A stretch of 18,199 nt of DNA from Vulcanisaeta sp. AZ3 (GTDB lineage Archaea; Thermoproteota; Thermoprotei; Thermoproteales; Thermocladiaceae). This document shows positions 1 to 8,015 of this stretch, in pieces. The stretch spans positions 1 through 18,199 of the forward strand of contig JZWU02000030.1 of NCBI GenBank assembly GCA_000960865.2. Direction: 5' to 3'. The notes under the pieces are model-generated. The model was not told the origin of the DNA, searched no databases, and saw nothing but the letters and a program-made list of their open reading frames with translations. Position 1 is the stretch's first letter. Each line of letters opens with the position of its first letter. The translations under genes were made by a program, and so were the position numbers.

Positions 1-62
1 GCATTTTCACGAGAGTCCAATAACCTATCAATATCATCACCGCTCACAATTCTTAACTTCAT
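1..62 (-). CDS. 5' fragment of a gene running off the left edge, possibly ornithine cyclodeaminase/mu-crystallin (archaeal alanine dehydrogenase) family
   Basis: Minus strand from ATG at 62 reads MKLRIVSGDDIDRLLDSREN with no stop to the edge. A minus-strand TATA-like CTTATAAA (88-95) lies about 27-30 nt upstream. The family call rests only on resemblance of this 20-aa N-terminus. Confidence 0.5.
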   Translation of the reverse strand, partial: MKLRIVSGDDIDRLLDSREN

Positions 63-202
63 GCTGCATCTATATCCTTCTGATGGATTTTATAAGCATT
101 ATTATCTATAGACATAAATTATTTATAATAATTATTAGGTATTACTATGCCATAGCGATAAATTTATTAATTCTAGTAATAAGTAAAATAATGGGTATAA
201 TT

Positions 203-490
203 ATGGAGATTAAATGTTCGAATTGCAGGTACTTTAGACTTCATGAGTTACGTGACAATATAGGCATGTGCATGAATAGGGATAGCCCGTTCTACATGAG
301 ATTGGTCATGACTGATTGGCAATGTCCACTCTTTGAAGAGATCAGTATGGATGAAGAGGATTTTTATTGGTGCATTGATTGCAAGACAGCGGTCCATAAA
401 TCATTATTACCTTTACATAAGGGACACAGAGTCGTCAAGGTTCCCTACATAGATGAAGACTCGCACCTAGAAACATATGTGGCTGATTAG
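203..490 (+). CDS. Small Cys/His-rich metal-binding protein (95 aa): N-terminal C-x2-C-x14-C-x17-C module plus a B-box-like C-x2-C...H-x2-H module
   Basis: The ORF track starts at 83, but 83-202 is very AT-rich promoter-like DNA giving an Ile-rich low-complexity translation. ATG 203 (or 191) begins MEIKCSNCRYF...GMC...WQCPLF...WCIDC...HKGH. Confidence 0.7.
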   Translation: MEIKCSNCRYFRLHELRDNIGMCMNRDSPFYMRLVMTDWQCPLFEEISMDEEDFYWCIDCKTAVHKSLLPLHKGHRVVKVPYIDEDSHLETYVAD

Positions 491-513
491 TACATATTTT
501 ATGATACGTTTCT

Positions 514-1131
514 TTAAAAACAGTATCTTCTTATAAATTCCTCAATTACTCTCGCGATGACCTTAATATCCTTACCCCTAGGCGTGTGTGACATTCCTTC
601 AATCCTAACGAGCTCTATGGTATTGCCCAGTGACTTAGCCTTCTCATAGTAGCTCTCAACTTGTTGAATATTAACTAACTCATCATTGATCCCGTGAATT
701 AATAGCATGGGCGGTAAGCCAGACTTAAGGTAATTAATTGGAGATGTCCTCCTCAGGAACCCTTCAGATACTTGCTCGCTACTAATCTTTAGTAACTCCT
801 CATACGTTCTCCGCCTAATACTGCCGGGCTCACCCTCACTTAACCACCTTACCTGAGCCCACCTATCTGTTGGTCCTGATACGGAAATTGCACAATTAAT
901 TCTCTCCATAGTGGATGCGGTGAGTAAGGCAATTGTACCGCCCATTGAGTGACCAGCAACTATAAAGTAATCACTGCTGCTTCTCACAATCTCATTAACC
1001 TTGTTAAGACCATCCCCAAAGTCCTTATATGATGGAACTAATACATCTAGGTTAAGCGTCCTTAATGGTCCTACTAGCCAATTTATCTTTTCAGGGCTTG
1101 AGCCGAAGCCGTGAAGCGCTATTGCTCTCAT
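514..1131 (-). CDS. Alpha/beta-fold serine hydrolase (esterase/S9 peptidase-like)
   Basis: Oxyanion motif LHGFGS, nucleophile elbow GHSMGG, acid residue in LIHGINDELV and catalytic His in GMSH. Confidence 0.9.
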   Translation of the reverse strand: MRAIALHGFGSSPEKINWLVGPLRTLNLDVLVPSYKDFGDGLNKVNEIVRSSSDYFIVAGHSMGGTIALLTASTMERINCAISVSGPTDRWAQVRWLSEGEPGSIRRRTYEELLKISSEQVSEGFLRRTSPINYLKSGLPPMLLIHGINDELVNIQQVESYYEKAKSLGNTIELVRIEGMSHTPRGKDIKVIARVIEEFIRRYCF

Positions 1132-1226
1132 CGTAGTGCGTTAATTGTTAGTAATTTTAAGATTTATTCCGAGGAGAGAGTTAGCCTTAATAACTAAATT
1201 TTAATTCATAGGTCGAGGCTGCCAAT

Positions 1227-1952
1227 ATGTCAAGGCCGAAAGAAAGGAAGAAGTCGCAAAGGCGTAGGGGAAGGTTTTTCTACATAGCATTAATCTTAGT
1301 GATCTTTGGTGAGGCAGTATTTATAGCAGTACAATTCCTGCCAGGCATAATAAATAGAGCAACAATTAGTAATATTCAGCCAGTGGAGCTTAACGCAACA
1401 ATTATTAATCGATACATGTTATCCACGTTAATAAATCCATATAATATGTCAATGATAAACCCCATGACGCTGGGCTTAGTAAATAATACAAGGCCATTGG
1501 CGATGTACTTAATAGTTAACGATCCATACTTGATACACGACACATGCAGCGTATGGCCTTTATTGTATAATGCCTCGATCTATCGAAACTATAAAGTCAT
1601 AGTTGTGGTGTTTCCAGAACCCGTAACCCAGGCTCCGGCTTCTTCGTCTGCGATTCAGCAATTCGATAATTATGTATATGAACTATGTGATGGCTTTAAT
1701 CTAGAATCCACAAACTTCCTAATTACTACAGCACTGTGGAACAATCTTACAAGTACTCAGGGCATCATAGTGGGTTATGGCGCATTACTACCAGAAATGC
1801 TCACGGAGCTTGGTATTAATGCAAGTCGTGTTTATTTTCCAATAATTATATTGATAGGCCCGCATAATAATGTGACAAGTGTGATATATGGCCCGCAACT
1901 AAATAATTCTACATATCTAAAGGAGTTACTCAGTCTTAATACCAGGACATAA
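1227..1952 (+). CDS. Membrane-anchored extracellular protein, possible degenerate thioredoxin-like (TlpA/ResA-like) fold
   Basis: Basic N-terminus then one hydrophobic helix (FFYIALILVIFGEAVFIAVQFLP), several N-x-S/T sequons, and C-terminal YFPIIILIGPHNNVTSVIYG resembling the cis-Pro beta-hairpin of Trx folds. Confidence 0.65.
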   Translation: MSRPKERKKSQRRRGRFFYIALILVIFGEAVFIAVQFLPGIINRATISNIQPVELNATIINRYMLSTLINPYNMSMINPMTLGLVNNTRPLAMYLIVNDPYLIHDTCSVWPLLYNASIYRNYKVIVVVFPEPVTQAPASSSAIQQFDNYVYELCDGFNLESTNFLITTALWNNLTSTQGIIVGYGALLPEMLTELGINASRVYFPIIILIGPHNNVTSVIYGPQLNNSTYLKELLSLNTRT

Positions 1953-2006
1953 TCTTCATGAGATTCTAATTAAGTATCTTCATACTTTATTTTTGTGACT
2001 TACTTA

Positions 2007-2768
2007 TTAGGTGAGGAATTTTGTGCAATTTATGGGTCCTTTGCCATTAATTATGTTATCTATGGATTTCAAGTCCCAAATTGCACATAGGTATGTCTCA
2101 GCGTATTTGGCTAACTCAAGGGCTGATTGTACCTTTCTCGTTAATCCACCGGTTACATCAATGTACTTAGAATCTTCTTCACTAATAGTAGGTCTTCCAC
2201 GTAGCTCTCTAATTACACCACCCTCTTTATTTAGTATTCCGGGTACGTCAGTTAGGAATATTGCGGCTGTGGGCCTTAATCTAATGCCAAGATCAAGCAT
2301 TATATCATCTCCGCTTATTATCGAGAAGCCTTCATCGCTAGGTACAACGTCTCCATAAAGCATCGGTATTACACCTCTATTGATTAATTCCATAATGTGC
2401 ATTACATCAATAAGCAGTTGTGGTTTGTTGTCCCTAATCACGTAGATGGATCCAGTCCTAAGTGAGTAGATGGGCAGGCCTGTGCTTGTTAGTGTGATTG
2501 TGATCTTCATGCTTAGGTAATTAAGTATTGCTGATGTTAGGGAAACCCCAACTAACTGTTCGTGATCTTTATACTTACTCAATCCATAGGCTAGGGCAAG
2601 CGGGTGGGCAAAACTACCTCCTCCATGAATCAATACGAATTTATTGCCTGCCCTTAAATGAACAAGTAATGCTTTACCTAGGTCTTTAACCCAGTCTTCT
2701 CTGTAGCTGAGCGGTCTCGACTTATCACTTATTGCACTACCTCCAAGCTTAATTAAATAGAGGTTCAT
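2007..2768 (-). CDS. ipk: Isopentenyl phosphate kinase (amino acid kinase family, archaeal mevalonate pathway)
   Basis: IKLGGSAISDK, HGGGSFAH (IPK-type His), GDVV, SGDD, TDVPG and DVTGG motifs. It lies 2 nt downstream of a prenyltransferase gene. Confidence 0.9.
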   Translation of the reverse strand: MNLYLIKLGGSAISDKSRPLSYREDWVKDLGKALLVHLRAGNKFVLIHGGGSFAHPLALAYGLSKYKDHEQLVGVSLTSAILNYLSMKITITLTSTGLPIYSLRTGSIYVIRDNKPQLLIDVMHIMELINRGVIPMLYGDVVPSDEGFSIISGDDIMLDLGIRLRPTAAIFLTDVPGILNKEGGVIRELRGRPTISEEDSKYIDVTGGLTRKVQSALELAKYAETYLCAIWDLKSIDNIINGKGPINCTKFLT

Positions 2769-2770
2769 CC

Positions 2771-3802
2771 TTAAAACTCCCTGGTTACTGTGAATCTTAA
2801 GATTTCTCTAAGATCTTCTACATACTCATTGTTATTCAATGATGCTAAGGCTTTCTCAGATTTCTCTGCAAATTCCATTGCCATCCTTAATGCGTTTTCC
2901 CTAGCGTTCGTCATCGATATTATCTCTACAGCTTTTTTAACATCATCATTAGTTACAGAACTCTTACCTAATACATCGAGCAGCTCCTCTCTATCTTTAG
3001 TATCTAAGTCCTTGAGGGCCATCACAATGACTGCATTACCTAGTTTATGCTCCTTAATATCCTTACCAATCTCTTTACCAAACTTCCTAACATCGCCAAA
3101 TATGTCTAGTACATCATCAAGCATTTGAAAGGCCAGGCCTAGGTATGTGCCATAGTCAGTCATAGCATTTATGCAGTGGGATGCATTGGCTGACATAGCT
3201 CCGAAGACTGCGGCAGCTCTGATTAGTGCTGCTGTCTTTAGGCTAATCATCCTAGTATACATGCCGTATAGATCCTCCCAATTGCTCAGTAATTTAGGCC
3301 CTAATTTATTCTCTGTGAAGTATGGATCTTTACGACCAGCATACTCAAGTAATATGTCTAGTCTCTCACCCTCATCTATCTCGCGGATAACCCTAGCCGT
3401 CTCTCTTGCGAAGTATTGCGGATCTCTCGTTTCAAGTATTGCTTCTTCAATGGCCTCTCTATACCATATGCCAATAAGTATCGCTGCATTATCGCCATAC
3501 TTAGCCCTAACCGTCGGCTTGTTCCTCCTCAATATTGCTTCATCAATTATATCATCATAGATCAAGGAGTAATTATGTATTAGCTCCACTATTGCGGCGG
3601 CTGGTAACGCATCCTTGTAATCACCACCACAAGCCCTAGCTGCCGTTAACGTTATTAAGGGCCTTAGCCTCTTACCACCAGTGGATATTTGGTAGACTAC
3701 TGCGTCCTTAAAATCCTCGCTGACATCCTTACTTAGGTACTTCATTAACTGATTATCTATCTCACGCCCATAAAGTCCATGAAGTTTCTCAAGTATGTCC
3801 AT
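2771..3802 (-). CDS. gds: Geranylgeranyl diphosphate synthase (short-chain trans-prenyltransferase)
   Basis: GGKRLRP, first Asp-rich motif YSLIYDDIID with bulky Tyr at position -5 (short-chain type), RRNKPT, KTAAL, second motif FQMLDDVLD and GKDIKEHK. ATG 3802 is preferred over the adjacent TTG 3805. Confidence 0.9.
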   Translation of the reverse strand: MDILEKLHGLYGREIDNQLMKYLSKDVSEDFKDAVVYQISTGGKRLRPLITLTAARACGGDYKDALPAAAIVELIHNYSLIYDDIIDEAILRRNKPTVRAKYGDNAAILIGIWYREAIEEAILETRDPQYFARETARVIREIDEGERLDILLEYAGRKDPYFTENKLGPKLLSNWEDLYGMYTRMISLKTAALIRAAAVFGAMSANASHCINAMTDYGTYLGLAFQMLDDVLDIFGDVRKFGKEIGKDIKEHKLGNAVIVMALKDLDTKDREELLDVLGKSSVTNDDVKKAVEIISMTNARENALRMAMEFAEKSEKALASLNNNEYVEDLREILRFTVTREF

Positions 3803-3821
3803 CAAGGATGCCCCAAGGCAG

Positions 3822-3841
3822 TTATTTAATGCATTTTCTCT
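3822..3841 (-). promoter_or_regulatory. BRE/TATA promoter of gds-ipk
   Basis: Minus strand reads GAGAAAATGCATTAAATAA, with the TATA box about 22-29 nt upstream of ATG 3802. Confidence 0.55.
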
Positions 3842-3913
3842 CCATGTCTCATTAATCGTCTATTAATTATTCGTCTGTAGTCTAACCTCTAATTAATAAA
3901 TAATGGAATGATT

Positions 3914-3924
3914 AAGGTTTAAAA
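3914..3924 (+). promoter_or_regulatory. BRE/TATA promoter of thiolase
   Basis: AAGGTTTAAAA centred about 27 nt upstream of GTG 3948, which is leaderless spacing. Confidence 0.6.
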
Positions 3925-3947
3925 TCATGAATTATTGATTATAATGT

Positions 3948-5144
3948 GTGAGTACGGATCAGGAAATTGTAATTACTGGTTTTGTCAGGGCACCTATTGG
4001 TAAGTTTGGCGGTGCTTTTAAGAACGTTAAGACACCATACCTCGCAGCTGAAGTTATTAAGGCTTTGATTAACAGGGTTGGTGTAGATGGTAAGTTAATA
4101 GATGAGATCATCTTTGGATCAACACTACAGGGTGGCATGGGGCAAAACCTCAGTAGGTTTGCCGCATTATTGGCAGGTCTACCTAATAGTGTTAGTGCAT
4201 TCACAGTTAATAGAGTATGTTCCTCAGGTATGCAGTCGATAATTGAGGCTGTTAGGGCGTTGAAGGTTGGCGATGTGAGCTTGGTAGTAGCTGGTGGTGC
4301 CGACTCTATGAGCACATCACCATTGGCCTTGAGCCATGAGGTTAGGTGGGGAGTTAAGCATCTAATTAATAAGGACCTCAAGTTCATGGACCTGATGGTC
4401 TATGATGGCCTAACAGACCCGACAAACATGATGCTCATGGGTCAGGAAGCAGATAAAGTTGCTATGGAACATGAAATTACTAGGGAGGAACTTGATGAGG
4501 TGGCGTATGAGAGCCAAATGAGAGCCTTGAAAGCCACTGGGAATAAGTACTTCCGTGAACTTGAGCCTATGGATACCGTAATAAATGGGGAAAAGGTATA
4601 TCTGGATAGGGATGAGGGGATAAGGCCTGATACGACTCTCGAGAAACTAGCTAAGCTAAGGCCTGCCTTTGGGCCTAATGGACTTCATACAGCAGGTAAT
4701 TCCTCACAACTCTCAGATGGAGCAGCTGCGTTATTAATAACCACGATGGATAAGGCTAAGGAATTGGGGTTAAAACCAATCGCAAGAATCGTTGGTTACT
4801 CATGGCATATGTTAGAACCTTGGAGATTTCCCGAAGCCCCGATTTATGCAATTAGGAAATTATTAGATAGAGTTGGTTGGTCAATAAGCGATGTGGATGT
4901 TTTTGAGATTAATGAAGCCTTCGCCGTTGTGAACGTGCTCGCCCATAGGGAACTAGGTATACCCTATGAGAAGATGAATATATTCGGCGGGGCCATAGCC
5001 CTAGGTCACCCGCTCGGTACTAGCGGCGCGAGAATCGTGACTACATTAATATCGGCATTAATGCACATAGGTGGTAGGAGAGGGGTAGCGGCTCTATGCC
5101 ATGGAACTGGCGGAGCCACTGCCGTGGCTTTAGAGATGCTTTGA
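3948..5144 (+). CDS. Acetyl-CoA C-acetyltransferase/3-ketoacyl-CoA thiolase (classical type)
   Basis: NRVCSSG (nucleophilic Cys), GNSSQLSDGAAA, EINEAFA, GHPLG and LCHGTGGA. GTG start. Confidence 0.95.
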   Translation: MSTDQEIVITGFVRAPIGKFGGAFKNVKTPYLAAEVIKALINRVGVDGKLIDEIIFGSTLQGGMGQNLSRFAALLAGLPNSVSAFTVNRVCSSGMQSIIEAVRALKVGDVSLVVAGGADSMSTSPLALSHEVRWGVKHLINKDLKFMDLMVYDGLTDPTNMMLMGQEADKVAMEHEITREELDEVAYESQMRALKATGNKYFRELEPMDTVINGEKVYLDRDEGIRPDTTLEKLAKLRPAFGPNGLHTAGNSSQLSDGAAALLITTMDKAKELGLKPIARIVGYSWHMLEPWRFPEAPIYAIRKLLDRVGWSISDVDVFEINEAFAVVNVLAHRELGIPYEKMNIFGGAIALGHPLGTSGARIVTTLISALMHIGGRRGVAALCHGTGGATAVALEML

Positions 5145-5183
5145 TTAGGCATACTAGGCCTTTTGATTTATCGTTTTACCTAG

Positions 5184-5202
5184 AACAAAAGGTTTTTAAA
5201 TA
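5184..5202 (+). promoter_or_regulatory. BRE/TATA promoter of aRF1
   Basis: AACAAAAGG followed by TTTTTAAA (5193-5200). The predicted transcription start is about 5222, coinciding with a GTG. Confidence 0.65.
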
Positions 5203-5253
5203 AAGAAACATCCACCATTTCGTGGACGTACTGGAATAAAGGATTTCTCAGAG

Positions 5254-6363
5254 TTGAAGGTGGTAATAAACCTACTTAAGAAGTATAGAGGTTATGCAAC
5301 AACACTCATAAGCCTATACATAAATAGCAATAGGCCTATACCCGATGTTGTATCAATGCTTAGACAGGAGTGGGCCTTAGCCAGTAATATTAAGGATAAG
5401 ACTACGAGGACTCATGTTCAAGATGCTCTCGAGAGGATAATAAACTCAATTAAGGGGATATCCAAGGCTCCTGAGAATGGATTAGCCGTGTTTGGAGGCT
5501 TTCATATGATTAACCCAGGTAATTATGAGTGGGTTTTCTATGCCCTAATACCGCCAACACAAATAACAATTTTCAAGTATATATGCGATACTTCATTTCA
5601 TACGGAAATACTTGAGTCCATGGTAAAGAGTAGCGATACGTATGGTATAATAGTTATTGAGAGAGGAGAGGCTGTGATCGCACTTCTGAGGGGTAATCAT
5701 TGGGAGATTGCTGATAAGGTTCAATTCTTTGTACCAAATAAGCACGCTGCGGGTGGGCAGTCAGCCCTGAGGTATAAACGACAGACGGAGCATTTGGCGG
5801 AGACCTTTTATAAGCTCGTTGCTGAGAGAGTCAATAAGATATTTAATGATATTCCGAATCTAAAGGGTATCGTAGTTGCAGGTCCTGGACCCACTAAAGA
5901 GGAGTTCCTTGAAGAAGACGGTCTTGATTATAGACTTAAGGATAAGGTCATAGCTGTAGTGTCGGCATGTTGTGCCGATATTGGTGGTATTCTTGAGGCT
6001 ATTAGGAACGCTGAGGATAAGCTTAAGGAGACTGAGTATGTTAAGGCTAAGAAGCTGATGGAAGAAGTGATGTACTTAGCTGTGAAGAAACCTGAATACT
6101 TAATATATGGTAAGGATGCTGTTCTAGACTCAATAAAGAAGGGTATTGCAAAGGTTGTTATTGTTAGTGAAGATGTTGGTGAGGAGGAGATCATGAACCT
6201 AACAGTAATGCTTAGAGGTAGAAGAGACGTGGAGCTATTCGTAATGCCTAAGTCGGTTGAGGAGAATTTAACATTAACTCAGACCTTCGGCGGTTACGTA
6301 GCAATACTATCATCACCCTCATGGCTAATGGAGAACTATGAAAATAATGAAAGCAACTCATAG
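5254..6363 (+). CDS. prf1: Peptide chain release factor aRF1 (true start probably GTG 5222, in another frame, see findings)
   Basis: TLISLYI, NIKD (NIKS-equivalent loop), YICDTSF (YxCxxxF), GGQS, GPGPTKEEF and C-terminal FGGYVAIL. Confidence 0.95.
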   Translation: MKVVINLLKKYRGYATTLISLYINSNRPIPDVVSMLRQEWALASNIKDKTTRTHVQDALERIINSIKGISKAPENGLAVFGGFHMINPGNYEWVFYALIPPTQITIFKYICDTSFHTEILESMVKSSDTYGIIVIERGEAVIALLRGNHWEIADKVQFFVPNKHAAGGQSALRYKRQTEHLAETFYKLVAERVNKIFNDIPNLKGIVVAGPGPTKEEFLEEDGLDYRLKDKVIAVVSACCADIGGILEAIRNAEDKLKETEYVKAKKLMEEVMYLAVKKPEYLIYGKDAVLDSIKKGIAKVVIVSEDVGEEEIMNLTVMLRGRRDVELFVMPKSVEENLTLTQTFGGYVAILSSPSWLMENYENNESNS

Positions 6364-6390
6364 ACATTTAAAGGCTTTAACCCATTAAAA

Positions 6391-6675
6391 TTAACCACCA
6401 CCGGCTGGTGGTAAAAACGTAACCTCATCCTCACTCGATAATTTCGTATCTAAGCCTTTGAGGAAGTCTATTGATCTACCGTTAATTAATACTACATATT
6501 GATCTCTTAGCTTGCCATTATCATCAAGGATAACTCTTGAGAAGTTAGGGCTTATTGCCTTATCGATTATTTGAATTAAATCCTTAACGGTGGCATTTTC
6601 AGGTACATTAACCTCTGCCTTGAGCACCTTAGTAACATCATATAACGAAGCAAGAAACTTAACCTGAACCTTCAT
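6391..6675 (-). CDS. MoaD/ThiS/SAMP(Urm1)-family ubiquitin-like sulfur carrier or protein modifier
   Basis: 94 aa beta-grasp pattern VKFLA...TVKDLI...VLINGR...LDTKL..EDEVTFLPPAGGG with a C-terminal di-glycine. TATA TTTTTAAG on the minus strand at 6700-6707. Confidence 0.9.
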   Translation of the reverse strand: MKVQVKFLASLYDVTKVLKAEVNVPENATVKDLIQIIDKAISPNFSRVILDDNGKLRDQYVVLINGRSIDFLKGLDTKLSSEDEVTFLPPAGGG

Positions 6676-6771
6676 CAATATCTAATGTACAACATATCGC
6701 TTAAAAACCTATTTTTAATGTGCGCATTTTATTACTTATAATGAATAAGCATTAAATAAGGGGTTAATACG

Positions 6772-7920
6772 ATGAATTCCTTAATGAGGCTTAGATGGGT
6801 TGGGCTTACCTTAGCCTCCACATCATTCTTAATGTCGTTGTTACTTAGGGTTTTTTGGGGACCATTAACCCCATTCATACTTAGAAGCGGAGTTAGTAGT
6901 TATATTATTGGATTAGTTGGTTCTGTGTTCTTCATTGGTTATGTCATAGCTCAGTTAATAGGTGGATTATTGGCTGATAGAGTAGGGGTAGGCGCGGTGA
7001 TGGGTATTGGGTTAATATTATCGGGTATTACTAACATGCTTTATGGCTTGTTTTCGGCAAGCTCATGGATTCTGTTATCAGCAATTATTGGGTTCTTTGC
7101 AGGATTTGAGTATGCACCTTCTGTTAAGGTAATTAGGGAATTATTCAGTGATACGCTTGAGAGAGCCATGGGTATATATGCCATAGCCTGGGCATTACCC
7201 TTCATGATTGCTGCGGCTATCGTGCCACCGCTTGCTTACTACTCAATTAAGTTTGTGTTCTATGTGATTGGCATTATGACAACCATAGTAGGTATTATTG
7301 ATATAGTCATGCTGAGAGGTATTAATGAGACGAGGACCGAGAGTATTATCAAGGCACTTGGTACGCTTAGGAATAGGAATGTATTGTTAATAGGTTTAGG
7401 TGGATTTTTCATACTATACATGAATTGGGTCATAGCTTACTGGCTCTATGACTACCTCGTAGACTCGGGCCTCAGTATCACTTATACATCACTATCCTTC
7501 ACAATATTTACAATAGCAGGGATAATAGCAATGCCACTTAGTGGTCAATTAGCCCATGTAGTTGGCGCCAGAAATATCCTCCTCATAGATATAATCGTCT
7601 ATTCACTAAGCGGCGTATTAATAGCGCTAATTCCTAAGTCGCCCTACGTATTTCTCTTGGCTGCATTGCTCGGTGTTGGTAGGTTCATAACTACGCCAAT
7701 GCAATCAACACTTATAGCGGTATCCGTCGATAGGAAGTTTGTATCGACAGCCACCGCCGCAGCTAACACCCTATGGCAATTAAGCGGAATATTAGCTCCA
7801 TATATGACATACCTAATTGCCTCAATATATGGTATGGAGACCTCAATAATTATATCATCATTATCACTACTGATTTCGCTAGCACCATATGCCCTTGTTA
7901 ACACCAAGCCTGGCAGATGA
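6772..7920 (+). CDS. Major facilitator superfamily transporter
   Basis: About 12 hydrophobic segments, with motif A in both halves (GLLADRVG and GQLAHVVGAR). Confidence 0.9.
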   Translation: MNSLMRLRWVGLTLASTSFLMSLLLRVFWGPLTPFILRSGVSSYIIGLVGSVFFIGYVIAQLIGGLLADRVGVGAVMGIGLILSGITNMLYGLFSASSWILLSAIIGFFAGFEYAPSVKVIRELFSDTLERAMGIYAIAWALPFMIAAAIVPPLAYYSIKFVFYVIGIMTTIVGIIDIVMLRGINETRTESIIKALGTLRNRNVLLIGLGGFFILYMNWVIAYWLYDYLVDSGLSITYTSLSFTIFTIAGIIAMPLSGQLAHVVGARNILLIDIIVYSLSGVLIALIPKSPYVFLLAALLGVGRFITTPMQSTLIAVSVDRKFVSTATAAANTLWQLSGILAPYMTYLIASIYGMETSIIISSLSLLISLAPYALVNTKPGR

Positions 7921-8015
7921 TTTCATATCTACCTGTAGGATATACAGTAATGGCAATCTTATGGAACTCATGGATAAAGCAAGGGTTTTAATACTGAGAC
8001 TTTGACAGCGTCTTC

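Noticed and set aside
83-202. 40-codon N-terminal extension of ORF 83..490
   Set aside because: Very AT-rich divergent promoter DNA that translates to Ile/Tyr-rich low-complexity sequence and overlaps the TATA box of the leftward gene.
1251-1290. Possible Tat signal in SQRRRGRFF
   Set aside because: Spacing does not fit S/T-R-R-x-F-L-K. It is better explained as a positive-inside flank of a membrane anchor.
2011-3560. Plus-strand ORFs 2011..2358, 2790..3128 and 3171..3560
   Set aside because: Ser-rich antisense shadows of ipk and gds with no recognisable motifs.
5386-5397. NIKD in place of NIKS in aRF1 as a sign of altered stop-codon specificity
   Set aside because: The fourth position varies among archaeal aRF1s, and TAA, TAG and TGA all terminate genes in this window.
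6368-6380. Dyad TTAAAG-G-CTTTAA between convergent prf1 and moaD-like genes
   Set aside because: Short AT-rich arms with a 1-nt spacer cannot form a stable hairpin and are expected by chance.
3959-7907. Minus-strand ORFs 3959..4387, 5928..6194 and 7644..7907
   Set aside because: Antisense shadows fully inside thiolase, aRF1 and MFS genes.
7978-7995. BRE/TATA-like AAGGGTTTTAATA on the plus strand pointing antisense into DUF1641
   Set aside because: No supported downstream ORF or RNA motif. It could equally be a T-rich terminator of the MFS gene.
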